From: Candidatus Nanoarchaeia archaeon
GTDB lineage: Archaea; Nanobdellota; Nanobdellia; Pacearchaeales; GW2011-AR1
Reading direction: 5' to 3'
DNA length: 57,734 nt
Assembly: GCA_035283785.1 (NCBI GenBank)
Contig: DATETG010000015.1
Span: 1-57,734 of the forward strand
The notes under the pieces are model-generated. The model made no database searches. It saw nothing but the letters and a program-made list of their open reading frames with translations, and had not been told where the DNA came from. The position numbers were made by a program, and so were the translations under genes. Positions 24,871 through 33,931 of the stretch are shown piece by piece (the stretch's first letter is position 1; every line of letters begins with the position of its first letter).

Positions 24871-27319
24871 AAAACAAGTGCAGCTGAAAGTTGATGAGGC
24901 TTTCCAGGACGACGTCCACAAAGGAATTGTAAGAATAGACAATGAGGTGATGAAATCCCTGGAAATAAAACGCGGAGACGTGGTCGCGATTCGTGGAGGA
25001 AGAGAGACAGTTGCGATTGCAGACAGGGCATATCCTGCAGACGTTGGCGAGACAATAGTGCGCATGGATGGAATAACTAGAAGAAATGCAAAAGCAGGAA
25101 TAGGGGATGTTGTTTCCATTTCAAAGGCAGACATCAAGGAAGCAAAAAAAATAATGATTGCCCCTGCACAAAAAAACATTGTGGTTCAACTTCAGGGAGA
25201 TTCCGACGGATTGAAAAGAGGACTTTTTGGAAGAGTTGTAACAAAAGGAGATGTTGTAGTTCTTGGAGGGGTGCAAAGACGCAAGGATTTAATGTCAGAG
25301 GAATTCGGAGATATGAATGATTTCTTCGGTGATTTCTTTGGTGGAATTGGGTTGGGAAATCTTGGAGGAGCAATTTCCCAAATAAAATTTGTTGTTGTAA
25401 ATTCAACTCCAAATCAGGCGGTTAAAATAACTGAAAATACAGAAGTGACTTTGAATCCTAAGGCGATTGAAGTGACAGATGAGAAAATCCCGGAGATTAA
25501 TTATGAAGACATCGGGGGTTTAAAGGAAGAAATAAAAAAAATCCGGGAGATGGTTGAAATTCCGCTGAAACATCCCGAGATTTTCGACAAACTTGGAATT
25601 CAGGCACCCAAGGGAGTTCTTTTATACGGTCCTCCCGGAACAGGAAAAACCCTTTTGGCAAAAGCAGTTGCAAATGAGTCAGATGCAAATTTCATTCTTC
25701 TTAACGGTCCAGAGATTATGTCAAAATATTACGGAGAATCAGAGAAAAAAATCCGAGATATTTTCGATGAGGCTGAAAAAACCGCGCCTGCGATAGTTTT
25801 TATTGACGAAATTGACGCTATTGCTCCAAAGCGTGAAGAAACAATGGGGGAAGTTGAACGCCGTGTTGTAAGCCAAATTTTGACGATGATGGACGGAATG
25901 AAGTCCAGAGGAAAAGTCATAGTTATCGGTGCCACAAACAGAGTAAATTCAATTGATCCTGCCCTTAGACGCCCGGGAAGATTTGACAGAGAAATTGCAA
26001 TCAATGTTCCGGACAAGGATGGTCGTATGGCTATTTTGCAGATTCATACAAGAGGAATGCCTATTGCAAAAGACGTGAAACTCGACGAAATTGCGTCTGT
26101 TACTCATGGATTTGTAGGCGCCGACCTGGAAGCTTTGACGAAAGAGGCAGCAATGAATGTTTTGAGAAAGTATCTTCCACAAATGAATTTGGACAAGGAA
26201 GAGCAAATTCCCACAGATATTCTGGAGAAATTAATTGTTCACAAGGAAGACTTTTTTGATGCGCTGAAAAATGTGCGTCCCTCGGCTATGAGAGAAGTTC
26301 TAGTAGAAACTCCGAATGTTGAATGGAATTTTGTCGGGGGTTTGGACGAAGTCAAAAGAGAATTGAGAGAAGTTGTTGAATGGCCAATGAAGTATGCCGA
26401 GAGTTTTGAGAGGATGGGAATAAAGCCTGCTAAAGGAGTTCTTCTTTATGGGCCACCCGGAACAGGAAAAACCCTCTTGGCAAAAGCAGCGGCAAAAGAA
26501 TCAGGAGCAAATTTTATCCAAGTGAAAGGACCAAGTCTTTTGAGCATGTGGGTTGGAAAAAGCGAGGAAGGAATGAGAAAAATTTTTGAGCGCGCAAGAC
26601 AAGTAGCCCCTTGTATTATTTTCTTTGACGAGATTGATGCTCTTGCGGGAAGACGCAGTCCTGTTGATTCAGGAGGTTCAAGAGTTACAGAGAGAGTTTT
26701 GAATCAAATGCTTGCAGAGATGGACGGTTTGGAGGAACTTAAAGATATACTGATTATCGGTGCAACAAACAGACCCGACATGCTCGACCCTGCACTTCTC
26801 AGGCCCGGTAGATTTGACAAGATATTGTTGGTTAACGCACCAGAGGAGGAAGGAAGATTTAACATCCTTCAGATTCATACAAAAAAAATGCCTCTCAGTG
26901 TTTCTAAGGAAGAAGTAAAAGAATTAGACACAAAATTCAAAAATGCAAAAGAAAACACCATTTCTAAAATTGCTTCAGATGTGTCGGAATCTTCAGGAGA
27001 ATCTAAATCGTTAAAAGAAGACAAAAAAATTATTTTCAAGAATTTGTCAGACAAGGACAAACTGATTTATCATCTTGCTAAGCAGACTCATGGTTACACT
27101 GGTGCCGACTTGGAAGCATTGACCAGGGAAGCGGCCATGCTTTCATTGAGAGAGAATATGGATTCAAAGACGATACGAAAGAAACATTTTGACGAGGCCC
27201 TGAAAAAAGTCAGACCTAGTGTAAGCAAGCCGATGATAGAAGTTTACAAGAAGATAGAAGATAACTTCCTCAAGAGCTCGAAAGCGGCTCTTCCATCCGG
27301 AAGCAGTTATTTAGGATAG
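24860..27319 (+). CDS. cdc48: CDC48/VAT-type AAA+ ATPase (N domain + D1 + D2) with an atypical insertion in D2
   Basis: N domain ([24 protein letters not shown]). Two Walker A motifs ([13 protein letters not shown], twice). Walker [11 protein letters not shown] and [10 protein letters not shown]. Second-region-of-homology RPGRFDREI / RPGRFDKIL. Confidence 0.9.
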   Translation: MNDKKQVQLKVDEAFQDDVHKGIVRIDNEVMKSLEIKRGDVVAIRGGRETVAIADRAYPADVGETIVRMDGITRRNAKAGIGDVVSISKADIKEAKKIMIAPAQKNIVVQLQGDSDGLKRGLFGRVVTKGDVVVLGGVQRRKDLMSEEFGDMNDFFGDFFGGIGLGNLGGAISQIKFVVVNSTPNQAVKITENTEVTLNPKAIEVTDEKIPEINYEDIGGLKEEIKKIREMVEIPLKHPEIFDKLGIQAPKGVLLYGPPGTGKTLLAKAVANESDANFILLNGPEIMSKYYGESEKKIRDIFDEAEKTAPAIVFIDEIDAIAPKREETMGEVERRVVSQILTMMDGMKSRGKVIVIGATNRVNSIDPALRRPGRFDREIAINVPDKDGRMAILQIHTRGMPIAKDVKLDEIASVTHGFVGADLEALTKEAAMNVLRKYLPQMNLDKEEQIPTDILEKLIVHKEDFFDALKNVRPSAMREVLVETPNVEWNFVGGLDEVKRELREVVEWPMKYAESFERMGIKPAKGVLLYGPPGTGKTLLAKAAAKESGANFIQVKGPSLLSMWVGKSEEGMRKIFERARQVAPCIIFFDEIDALAGRRSPVDSGGSRVTERVLNQMLAEMDGLEELKDILIIGATNRPDMLDPALLRPGRFDKILLVNAPEEEGRFNILQIHTKKMPLSVSKEEVKELDTKFKNAKENTISKIASDVSESSGESKSLKEDKKIIFKNLSDKDKLIYHLAKQTHGYTGADLEALTREAAMLSLRENMDSKTIRKKHFDEALKKVRPSVSKPMIEVYKKIEDNFLKSSKAALPSGSSYLG

Positions 27320-27406
27320 TAACTATAAAGTGATAACAAATAGAAAGATTTAAAAGGTTTGGATTTATATGAATATCATCTAACTAAATAAAAAAATTAC
27401 AATAAA

Positions 27407-27574
27407 ATGACAAACTTATCAAAAATTCTTACCCCGGAAGAAGCTCAAGATCTAGTCGCTAGTAACAAAGCAGAGTATATGGATTATGGATCTAACGGCA
27501 AGTTTCTTTTATTCTCTGGCGATGATATTTATTATTTGTCGGGACGCGAAGAATACTCACTACTTAAAAAATAA
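27407..27574 (+). CDS. Unlisted 55-aa ORF, hypothetical
   Basis: Read by hand: MTNLSKILTPEEAQDLVASNKAEYMDYGSNGKFLLFSGDDIYYLSGREEYSLLKK. It ends 9 nt before the receiver-domain gene, which also begins MTNE. Confidence 0.3.
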   Translation: MTNLSKILTPEEAQDLVASNKAEYMDYGSNGKFLLFSGDDIYYLSGREEYSLLKK

Positions 27575-27583
27575 TTTTATATC

Positions 27584-27952
27584 ATGACAAACGAGAGAAG
27601 AACAATTCTTATTGCGGATGACGATGAAAACTCTTTGTCGTCCCTTGAACTTTCATTTCCCATGTACTTCCCAGATTTTACATTAGAACTCTTTGAAAAT
27701 GGCAACGACCTTGAGGCAAGAATAATTTCCGGAATGGAAGATGTTTTCCTTGTTTTTACGGACAATCAAATGCCCGGGATAAATGGGTCTGATGTAATAG
27801 AGAGATATGCCAAACAATATCCGGAAGTTTCTTTTGTTCTTCATTATGGGGGAAAAGAAGAGATAGGCAGAAGAGCTATTGAGAATGGAGCAAAAGGTTA
27901 TATCATAAAACCGGGTTCATTGAATAACCTGAGGACTATTCTTGGATTATGA
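27584..27952 (+). CDS. Stand-alone response-regulator receiver domain (CheY-like)
   Basis: ILIADDDENS (acidic pocket), VFTDNQMPGINGSDV (phospho-acceptor Asp), GAKGYIIKP (conserved Lys). 122 aa with no output domain. Confidence 0.75.
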   Translation: MTNERRTILIADDDENSLSSLELSFPMYFPDFTLELFENGNDLEARIISGMEDVFLVFTDNQMPGINGSDVIERYAKQYPEVSFVLHYGGKEEIGRRAIENGAKGYIIKPGSLNNLRTILGL

Positions 27953-27968
27953 TTTTCTTTGGACAAAA

Positions 27969-28442
27969 TTATGCTGATTTCTCTAGCGGAACATACTCAC
28001 TAGGTAATTTTATTTCATAAATAGGACAGCCGTTCCCCCTTTCTCCCGTTGAGTCTCCAAAATTTTTCTCTAAAAATCTTATTACAGATTTTTCCATGTC
28101 TGCAGCAATTGTTAATTCCTCGACGCTGGCGCGCGGGGCCGCGTAATTTCTGAGTTCATTAATACGAACACCCCTGAAATAATCTATCACTAAATCATCC
28201 CTTTCTTCATCTGATTGTTCTATACTAAATTCTCCTCTAAAGGAATATTGATTCCCATTAAAACCCCATTGTAAAGCATAATACCCTCCTGTGTTGCCGC
28301 TTCCAAATTCGACTTCTATTTTATAATCCTCAACTCTATCCTTAAATTCATTCTTCAGGGTTTTTTCCAGACTCTTCCCAAGATTTCCAACAAATCCACG
28401 CAGACCTTTGGAATTTGAATCAATCTCATACAATCCTTCCAT
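27969..28442 (-). CDS. Hypothetical protein
   Basis: ORF track; 157 aa; no motif. Confidence 0.45.
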   Translation of the reverse strand: MEGLYEIDSNSKGLRGFVGNLGKSLEKTLKNEFKDRVEDYKIEVEFGSGNTGGYYALQWGFNGNQYSFRGEFSIEQSDEERDDLVIDYFRGVRINELRNYAAPRASVEELTIAADMEKSVIRFLEKNFGDSTGERGNGCPIYEIKLPSEYVPLEKSA

Positions 28443-28490
28443 GTCGGAATCAGAGACTCTCTATTTATAAGAATTGTTATCATCAAATGA

Positions 28491-29369
28491 TTATTTCGTC
28501 GTTACAATAACATTATTCTTTTCAACCAGAATAGTGTGTTCTGTTTGTGCGACTTTGCCACCGGAACTTTCCATCAGGACAGGATAATTGTATACGTTCC
28601 CATTCTCTTCCAATTGTTTTATGGATATAAGCGATTTCAGTCCAAATTTTTTTACCAACCAACGGGAACAGAAAGGAAGTGTTTTGTATTCTTCGACTAT
28701 AAACTTTAGTATCTCTCTGGCTTCAGAACTGCGCGGATTTTTTTCGCTTTGCAGAATGTAAGTTGCAGACGGCTTTCCATCTTTAACCCTTCCGACACCA
28801 TTTGTCGCGAAAGGTTCTATTGCGTAAAGTCCTTCTTTTATTTCAGTCTCGTCAGAATTGTCAAAATTTGGAATTGAGATTCCTGCATGCAGGTCATAAT
28901 TTTCTATACTGTGTCCGGATAAATTTACTATAGGACTAAAGCCAAATTTTTCAATTTCATTTTTCACCGAAGAACCTACATTTCTGATTTTTCCACCTTT
29001 CTTGAAATTTTTTATCGCAGCATCAAGAGCTTTTTCCGAAGCGAGGATTATTTTTTTGTTTTCTTCATCATTTTCAAGATCCAAAGAAAAAGCAGTGTCG
29101 GCAATCCATCCGTCTACATGCACCCCCATGTCTACTTTTAAAATTCCTCTTGCTACTGATTTATCATCATGATATGGGATGTAATGTGCTGCTGCATCGT
29201 CGATGCTCAGGCATGTTGGAAATGCAGGCTTTCCTCCTAACTCAATAATTTTTTCCTCGATTGCGTCGGCAATTTCAACCAATAACATACCGCTTTTTAT
29301 TTCGTTTCTTATGGAATCTCTGACTTGTGAAGCTATTTTTCCCGCCCGCAAAATTTTTTGTTTATCCAT
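28491..29369 (-). CDS. map: Methionine aminopeptidase, type 2 (archaeal)
   Basis: Metal ligands in order: KVDMGVHVDGWIADTAF, LSGHSIENY, YAIEPFAT, QTEHTILV. Includes the type-2 helical insert. Confidence 0.85.
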   Translation of the reverse strand: MDKQKILRAGKIASQVRDSIRNEIKSGMLLVEIADAIEEKIIELGGKPAFPTCLSIDDAAAHYIPYHDDKSVARGILKVDMGVHVDGWIADTAFSLDLENDEENKKIILASEKALDAAIKNFKKGGKIRNVGSSVKNEIEKFGFSPIVNLSGHSIENYDLHAGISIPNFDNSDETEIKEGLYAIEPFATNGVGRVKDGKPSATYILQSEKNPRSSEAREILKFIVEEYKTLPFCSRWLVKKFGLKSLISIKQLEENGNVYNYPVLMESSGGKVAQTEHTILVEKNNVIVTTK

Positions 29370-29379
29370 TTTAACAAAT

Positions 29380-30543
29380 TTATTTTTTATTTATGAAACT
29401 ATATCCTAAACTTGCGATTCCAGCAATTATAAAAGTTATCGTAAAAGGATGCCAGTTTATATAAAATATGAGAATTATCACGGGCATAAAGATAATTCTT
29501 GCAAAATTAAAAGTTATTTCTCTTCTTATAATAAAATTAAAATAATTTTCTTCACGCTTTGCTAAATCATAACTATGGGCTTCCCAAGGAACTGCAAGAA
29601 TTTTTTCGCTTATGTTTTTATATGAGTCTACTAAGAATATCTTAAAAAAGTTGTCTGCAAAAATACGTCCTATCCAAGAGATTGAATGTAAGAATGTCCA
29701 GAATTTTATCAGTTTGAATCTATTGTATTTGTCTGTAAGATTTCCCGCAATATAAAATCCACTTACCGAGAGAATTAATGAGAGTGTAATAACTAAACCT
29801 GTTTTTTCAAGAGATAAAAGAATAATTATGAGGAATATGGGCCATAATATTCTATTTATACTTGATTCAATTGCATATCCTGAAAAACTTATCAAATTTC
29901 CTCTTTCTTTTTTTGAGAATATTTTCTTGAATAGCCCTTCAACGTTGGAATTTAAAAATTTTCTATTGTCTTTTGTTAAGAATAAAGGAATTGTACCTAA
30001 GAATAAAATAGATGCACTTGTGATATAAAGAAATAAAAAACTTCTTGAAGCTATTAGCCCACCTATTAATGGTGCAGACATGGAAACTAAAATAGTTATG
30101 ATCCCTAGAAAGGAGATTTCTCTTCCCCTATTTTTTCTTTTAGAATGTCCTATGAAATTTAGGTGATACCCATAATTGTAGAGAATAGTTCCAAGGGAAA
30201 GAAGAAAAGGTAGAACAAAGAAAATAACGACGCTACTTTCTATAAAGTTAAGCCCCAACATATAGAATATTAAAAAAGGCATTGCAAAAAGTATCGAATG
30301 CTTTATTCCTATTTTGGAAACAATTTTTGCACTAATATATGAAAAGATTACAAAGTAAAAAGATAGTAAAAAATAGAAGAAAAGAATCTGATATATTTCA
30401 TAACCCAATTTATATAAATAGATTGGAACAAAGATACCTATCAAAGCTTCACCAAATGTTATTATTGCAATAGTTAAATAGAAGTGATTCAGTTCTTTGT
30501 CCTTAAAGAAATTGTGTATACTGTGGTGATTTAAAAGAGACAT
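29380..30543 (-). CDS. Polytopic membrane transporter (MFS-like)
   Basis: About 12 predicted hydrophobic helices in two halves separated by a basic loop (GHSKRKNRGRE). Family assignment is tentative. Confidence 0.5.
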   Translation of the reverse strand: MSLLNHHSIHNFFKDKELNHFYLTIAIITFGEALIGIFVPIYLYKLGYEIYQILFFYFLLSFYFVIFSYISAKIVSKIGIKHSILFAMPFLIFYMLGLNFIESSVVIFFVLPFLLSLGTILYNYGYHLNFIGHSKRKNRGREISFLGIITILVSMSAPLIGGLIASRSFLFLYITSASILFLGTIPLFLTKDNRKFLNSNVEGLFKKIFSKKERGNLISFSGYAIESSINRILWPIFLIIILLSLEKTGLVITLSLILSVSGFYIAGNLTDKYNRFKLIKFWTFLHSISWIGRIFADNFFKIFLVDSYKNISEKILAVPWEAHSYDLAKREENYFNFIIRREITFNFARIIFMPVIILIFYINWHPFTITFIIAGIASLGYSFINKK

Positions 30544-30573
30544 TCTTTAAAATAAGAAAATTTAGTTATAAAA

Positions 30574-31047
30574 TTAACCCCTCTCTTTCAATCTGCGATT
30601 TTTTGGGATGAAATTTCCTATTTTTTCCTCAGATACTTTTCCCGTACCTAGAAAATCATCGCCGTGCTTTATAATCAAAAAATCTCTTTTTCCCGTTTTT
30701 ATATTTAACTCGCGACCCATCATCCATTCCTCAACCATCTCTTCGGAAAGTTCAAACACATTTTTTCTTATTTCCTCTTTTAAAATCTGAGTTCCTTCAA
30801 TACTCAAACGAATCTTTTCTCCATTCCCTGAAGGCATCATCTTCCCAAAATAAACTCCTGCCCTTTCCAGGTTTGTGATTTTTGAGATTTTTTCCATCAT
30901 CTCCTTGGATAATCCTCCATTGTAAAGGAATATTCTTTCCTTGCCGATCATGATAAATCTTCCTTCAACATTCTTTATTCCAAACTGCTCTTCAAGAAGC
31001 CTAAGAATTTTCTCTCTTTCTTTGGTATTTAGAAATTTGAGGGTCAT
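30574..31047 (-). CDS. PUA-like RNA-binding protein resembling the C-terminal accessory domain of RsmF/NSUN-type methyltransferases
   Basis: Its start overlaps the stop of the m5C methylase gene by 4 nt. GVYFGKM...IRLSIEGTQIL and FLIIKHGDDFLGTGKVSEEKIGNFIPKNRRL resemble the pre-PUA/PUA tail normally fused to such methylases. Confidence 0.45.
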   Translation of the reverse strand: MTLKFLNTKEREKILRLLEEQFGIKNVEGRFIMIGKERIFLYNGGLSKEMMEKISKITNLERAGVYFGKMMPSGNGEKIRLSIEGTQILKEEIRKNVFELSEEMVEEWMMGRELNIKTGKRDFLIIKHGDDFLGTGKVSEEKIGNFIPKNRRLKERG

Positions 31048-32009
31048 TTTTCCTTTTTTATTTTAGCGATGAAAAACCCCTCGGTATTGTTATCTTGAGG
31101 GTATATTCTCACGCATTTTTTTACTTCACTGGAATACTCCTTTCCGTTCCATTCTGTTACTCCCTGGCGAAATTTAAATTCATTTGGCAAAGATATCTTC
31201 TCAACTTTGATATTTTTAAAATTTTCCAGTGCATAATCTATAACTTCCTCATTTTCTTCGGGAGCGTGAGTGCATGTGCTGTACACCAACTCCCCACCAT
31301 CCTTGAGGACTTCAATTGCAGAATGAATCAATCTTTTCTGTTTTTTTGACAGGTTTTTTATGTTTTTTTTGTTCCACATTAGGAGAGTTTTTTTATTGCT
31401 GATTATCGTTCCTTCTCCGGAGCATGGTGCATCAAGAAGAATTTTGTCGGCACCAAATTCCAGAGATTTCATCTTTTTGCAGAATACATCACTAGGGGAT
31501 TTTGTTATTATTGCGTTCATGACACCCGAACGCTCTAAGTTTGAGGCAAGAATTTTTATTCTGCCGAGATTTATTTCATTTGCAATCAGTACTCCTGAAT
31601 TTTTCATCTCCGACGCTATTTGTGTTGTTTTGCTTCCAGGGGATGCACATAAATCCATCACAATATCTTTTTCATTTGGTTTAAGCGAGATTATCGGGAG
31701 CATACTTGAAATATCCTGGATATAATAATATCCTAACAGATGCTCTAAGCTTCGCCCGAGTTCTCCGGGTTCCAAGTTTGATTCTACAATCATAATCTCC
31801 GGAAAATCTCTGAAAGGTTGTTTTATTTTCCATTTTTTCTCAATCAATCTCTCCTTGAGTTTTTCAACAGATATTTTCAGAGTGTTGACTCTTATCGAAT
31901 TAAAAGATTCAGAATTCAAGGAATCAAAATATTTTTTAAATTCTTCTTCACCAAGCAAAAGTTTCATCCTCTCAATAAATAATGGCTTTGGCTCATAATT
32001 TGTTTTCAT
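31044..32009 (-). CDS. NOL1/NOP2/Sun-family RNA cytosine-C5 methyltransferase
   Basis: SAM motif DLCASPGSKTTQIA. Catalytic Cys motifs DAPCSGEG (motif IV) and VYSTCT (motif VI). Confidence 0.85.
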   Translation of the reverse strand: MKTNYEPKPLFIERMKLLLGEEEFKKYFDSLNSESFNSIRVNTLKISVEKLKERLIEKKWKIKQPFRDFPEIMIVESNLEPGELGRSLEHLLGYYYIQDISSMLPIISLKPNEKDIVMDLCASPGSKTTQIASEMKNSGVLIANEINLGRIKILASNLERSGVMNAIITKSPSDVFCKKMKSLEFGADKILLDAPCSGEGTIISNKKTLLMWNKKNIKNLSKKQKRLIHSAIEVLKDGGELVYSTCTHAPEENEEVIDYALENFKNIKVEKISLPNEFKFRQGVTEWNGKEYSSEVKKCVRIYPQDNNTEGFFIAKIKKEK

Positions 32010-32035
32010 AGGGTAGACTCATTTCTCACATTTAA

Positions 32036-32695
32036 TTATTTTCTTATATTCTTTATGGCCAGCTGTATCTGATTTAGAAAAATTTTTCTTTTTCTCATCC
32101 TTAAAATTCCAACAACCAGAATGGCAAAAAACAAAATTATGAAAATTAGTTCTCTTTGAGATGGCAGATTTAACGGGCTTGATATAATAAATCCTGTAAA
32201 TTTATACCTGATAAAAGCCATTGATAAAAATCCCATTAACCCTATTGAACTTATTGTTATCAGAAGGTTATCTGTGTGTTTCTTTTCTTTTTGCAGCGCA
32301 GCCATTCCTTCCAAAGATTTTTCCAAAACACCTACGCGATCCCTTAAATTGGCAATTGTTCTTTTATCTCCTACCCCAAAATAATTTTTTAATGCAAACA
32401 AACCCCCCAAGACTGCTCCCGAAGCTGTTCCAAATCCTTCTGGATGATTATATGCAAATTCTGAAATGTCATAGCCCGAATTTTTTTTAGATTTATTGTG
32501 CTCGTCCTTTCTGTTAAAAAAATCTGTTATTCTTCCCACATTTTCCACTACCGGCTTGACTTCATCTTCATACACACTAATGATTTTCTTTGCCCCCCTT
32601 CCAATGGCATTGCCCACAATTCCAAGTCCCCCGACGTAAGCACTTCCCCATAATCCTTGCGTCAGAAATTCCCTTCTGGAATATTTTTTGCTCAT
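32036..32695 (-). CDS. Membrane protein with twin-arginine-like N-terminus
   Basis: MSKKYSRREFLTQGLWGSAYVGGLGIV fits S/T-R-R-x-F-L followed by a hydrophobic stretch. Two C-terminal TM helices. Confidence 0.45.
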   Translation of the reverse strand: MSKKYSRREFLTQGLWGSAYVGGLGIVGNAIGRGAKKIISVYEDEVKPVVENVGRITDFFNRKDEHNKSKKNSGYDISEFAYNHPEGFGTASGAVLGGLFALKNYFGVGDKRTIANLRDRVGVLEKSLEGMAALQKEKKHTDNLLITISSIGLMGFLSMAFIRYKFTGFIISSPLNLPSQRELIFIILFFAILVVGILRMRKRKIFLNQIQLAIKNIRK

Positions 32696-32768
32696 TAATT
32701 AAAATAAATAATTTTAATTTAATTATCTTTCTAAAAAACTTTATAACCGAAGTATTCGTATTCATCAA

Positions 32769-33518
32769 ATGCTGGAGATCTGGATTTATGCACTTGCAAG
32801 TGTTTTCATAATTAGTTTGATCTCTCTTGTGGGTATCTTTACACTTTCTGTAGAACGCGCGGCACTTTCCAAGGTGCTCATTTATTTAGTTGGAATTTCA
32901 GCAGGAACCCTTTTTGGAGGTGCTTTTTTGCATCTTCTCCCCGAGTTGATTGAGGAGCATGGTTTTGGATTGAATATTTCTTACTTGATTTTATCGGGAA
33001 TTATTTTGTTTTTTGTTTTGGAAAAAATTGTTCATTGGCACCATCATCATACTGCGTCAAAAGTAGACAGAGTTCATCCATTCTCGATAATGATTCTTGT
33101 CGGCGATGGAATGCACAACTTACTTGACGGACTTATAATCGGTGCAACTTACTTGATCAGCATTCCGGCAGGTATTGCAACGACACTTGTAGTTGCCTTG
33201 CACGAAATTCCTCAGGAGATTAGCGATTTTGGAGTTTTACTGCACGGAGGATTTTCAGTATCAAGAGCATTAATCTTCAATTTTTTGTCGTCGCTAGCTG
33301 CGGTTGTTGGTGTAATTGTTGCATTAGTTCTTGGAGGATATGTCGCGGGAGTTCAGTTCATTATTGCTTCGATTGCAATCGGGGGATTTATTTACATTGC
33401 GGGCAGTGATTTAATTCCAGAATTGCAGAAGCATCCGAGTTTGAAATCCTCGCTGCTACAACTTTTGACTTTTATAATCGGAATTGTGATAATGGCTGCG
33501 TTACTTTTGTTGGAATAA
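32769..33518 (+). CDS. ZIP-family divalent metal transporter (ZupT-like)
   Basis: HWHHHH loop, GDGMHNLLDGLIIGA and LHEIPQEISDFGVLL signatures; 8 TM layout. Confidence 0.8.
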   Translation: MLEIWIYALASVFIISLISLVGIFTLSVERAALSKVLIYLVGISAGTLFGGAFLHLLPELIEEHGFGLNISYLILSGIILFFVLEKIVHWHHHHTASKVDRVHPFSIMILVGDGMHNLLDGLIIGATYLISIPAGIATTLVVALHEIPQEISDFGVLLHGGFSVSRALIFNFLSSLAAVVGVIVALVLGGYVAGVQFIIASIAIGGFIYIAGSDLIPELQKHPSLKSSLLQLLTFIIGIVIMAALLLLE

Positions 33519-33547
33519 TTTTATAAACAAAATTTCTATTCATTCTT

Positions 33548-33802
33548 ATGGCTGAAAGAATTGATTCTGGAAAATTGTTGGATTTGAGAGATTTGAATGG
33601 CATCGGAATGATTTGTTTGAAGTCTGGAAAGGAGTTTTATCACGGTGGCAGTTACTTTAACGCAATGGGAATGTTCCGAGCCGCTATGAACGCATTTCAT
33701 GAATGCGATAATGAGCGCGAATTGGATGTTGTAATTGATTGGTTTGATGCGGCTTGTTGCAAATACTATAGAGAGTCTTCTTTGAACAAATTTCTTGTTT
33801 GA
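33548..33802 (+). CDS. Hypothetical small protein
   Basis: ORF track; 84 aa; no motif. Confidence 0.35.
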   Translation: MAERIDSGKLLDLRDLNGIGMICLKSGKEFYHGGSYFNAMGMFRAAMNAFHECDNERELDVVIDWFDAACCKYYRESSLNKFLV

Positions 33803-33931
33803 TACATAAATATAATCAAATTTGATTTTGCGTTATTAATTGTAATAAAGGCGAGGCGAAAGCCGAGCGCAAATTTATTTATTATTAGTTATATACACGA
33901 TTGTAAAAATTCTCAGTGTCAATACGGCAGA

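Noticed and set aside
24832-27060. Multiple 61-115-aa antisense or off-frame ORFs inside cdc48
   Set aside because: They lie entirely within a strongly supported AAA+ ATPase gene and have no motifs or promoters of their own.
33845-33870. GC-rich islet GGCGAGGCGAAAGCCGAGCGC between two convergent genes, considered as a kink-turn/L7Ae-binding element
   Set aside because: It can form only a short GNRA-capped stem with an asymmetric internal loop. It lacks clear tandem G-A pairs and is more simply a terminator-region hairpin.
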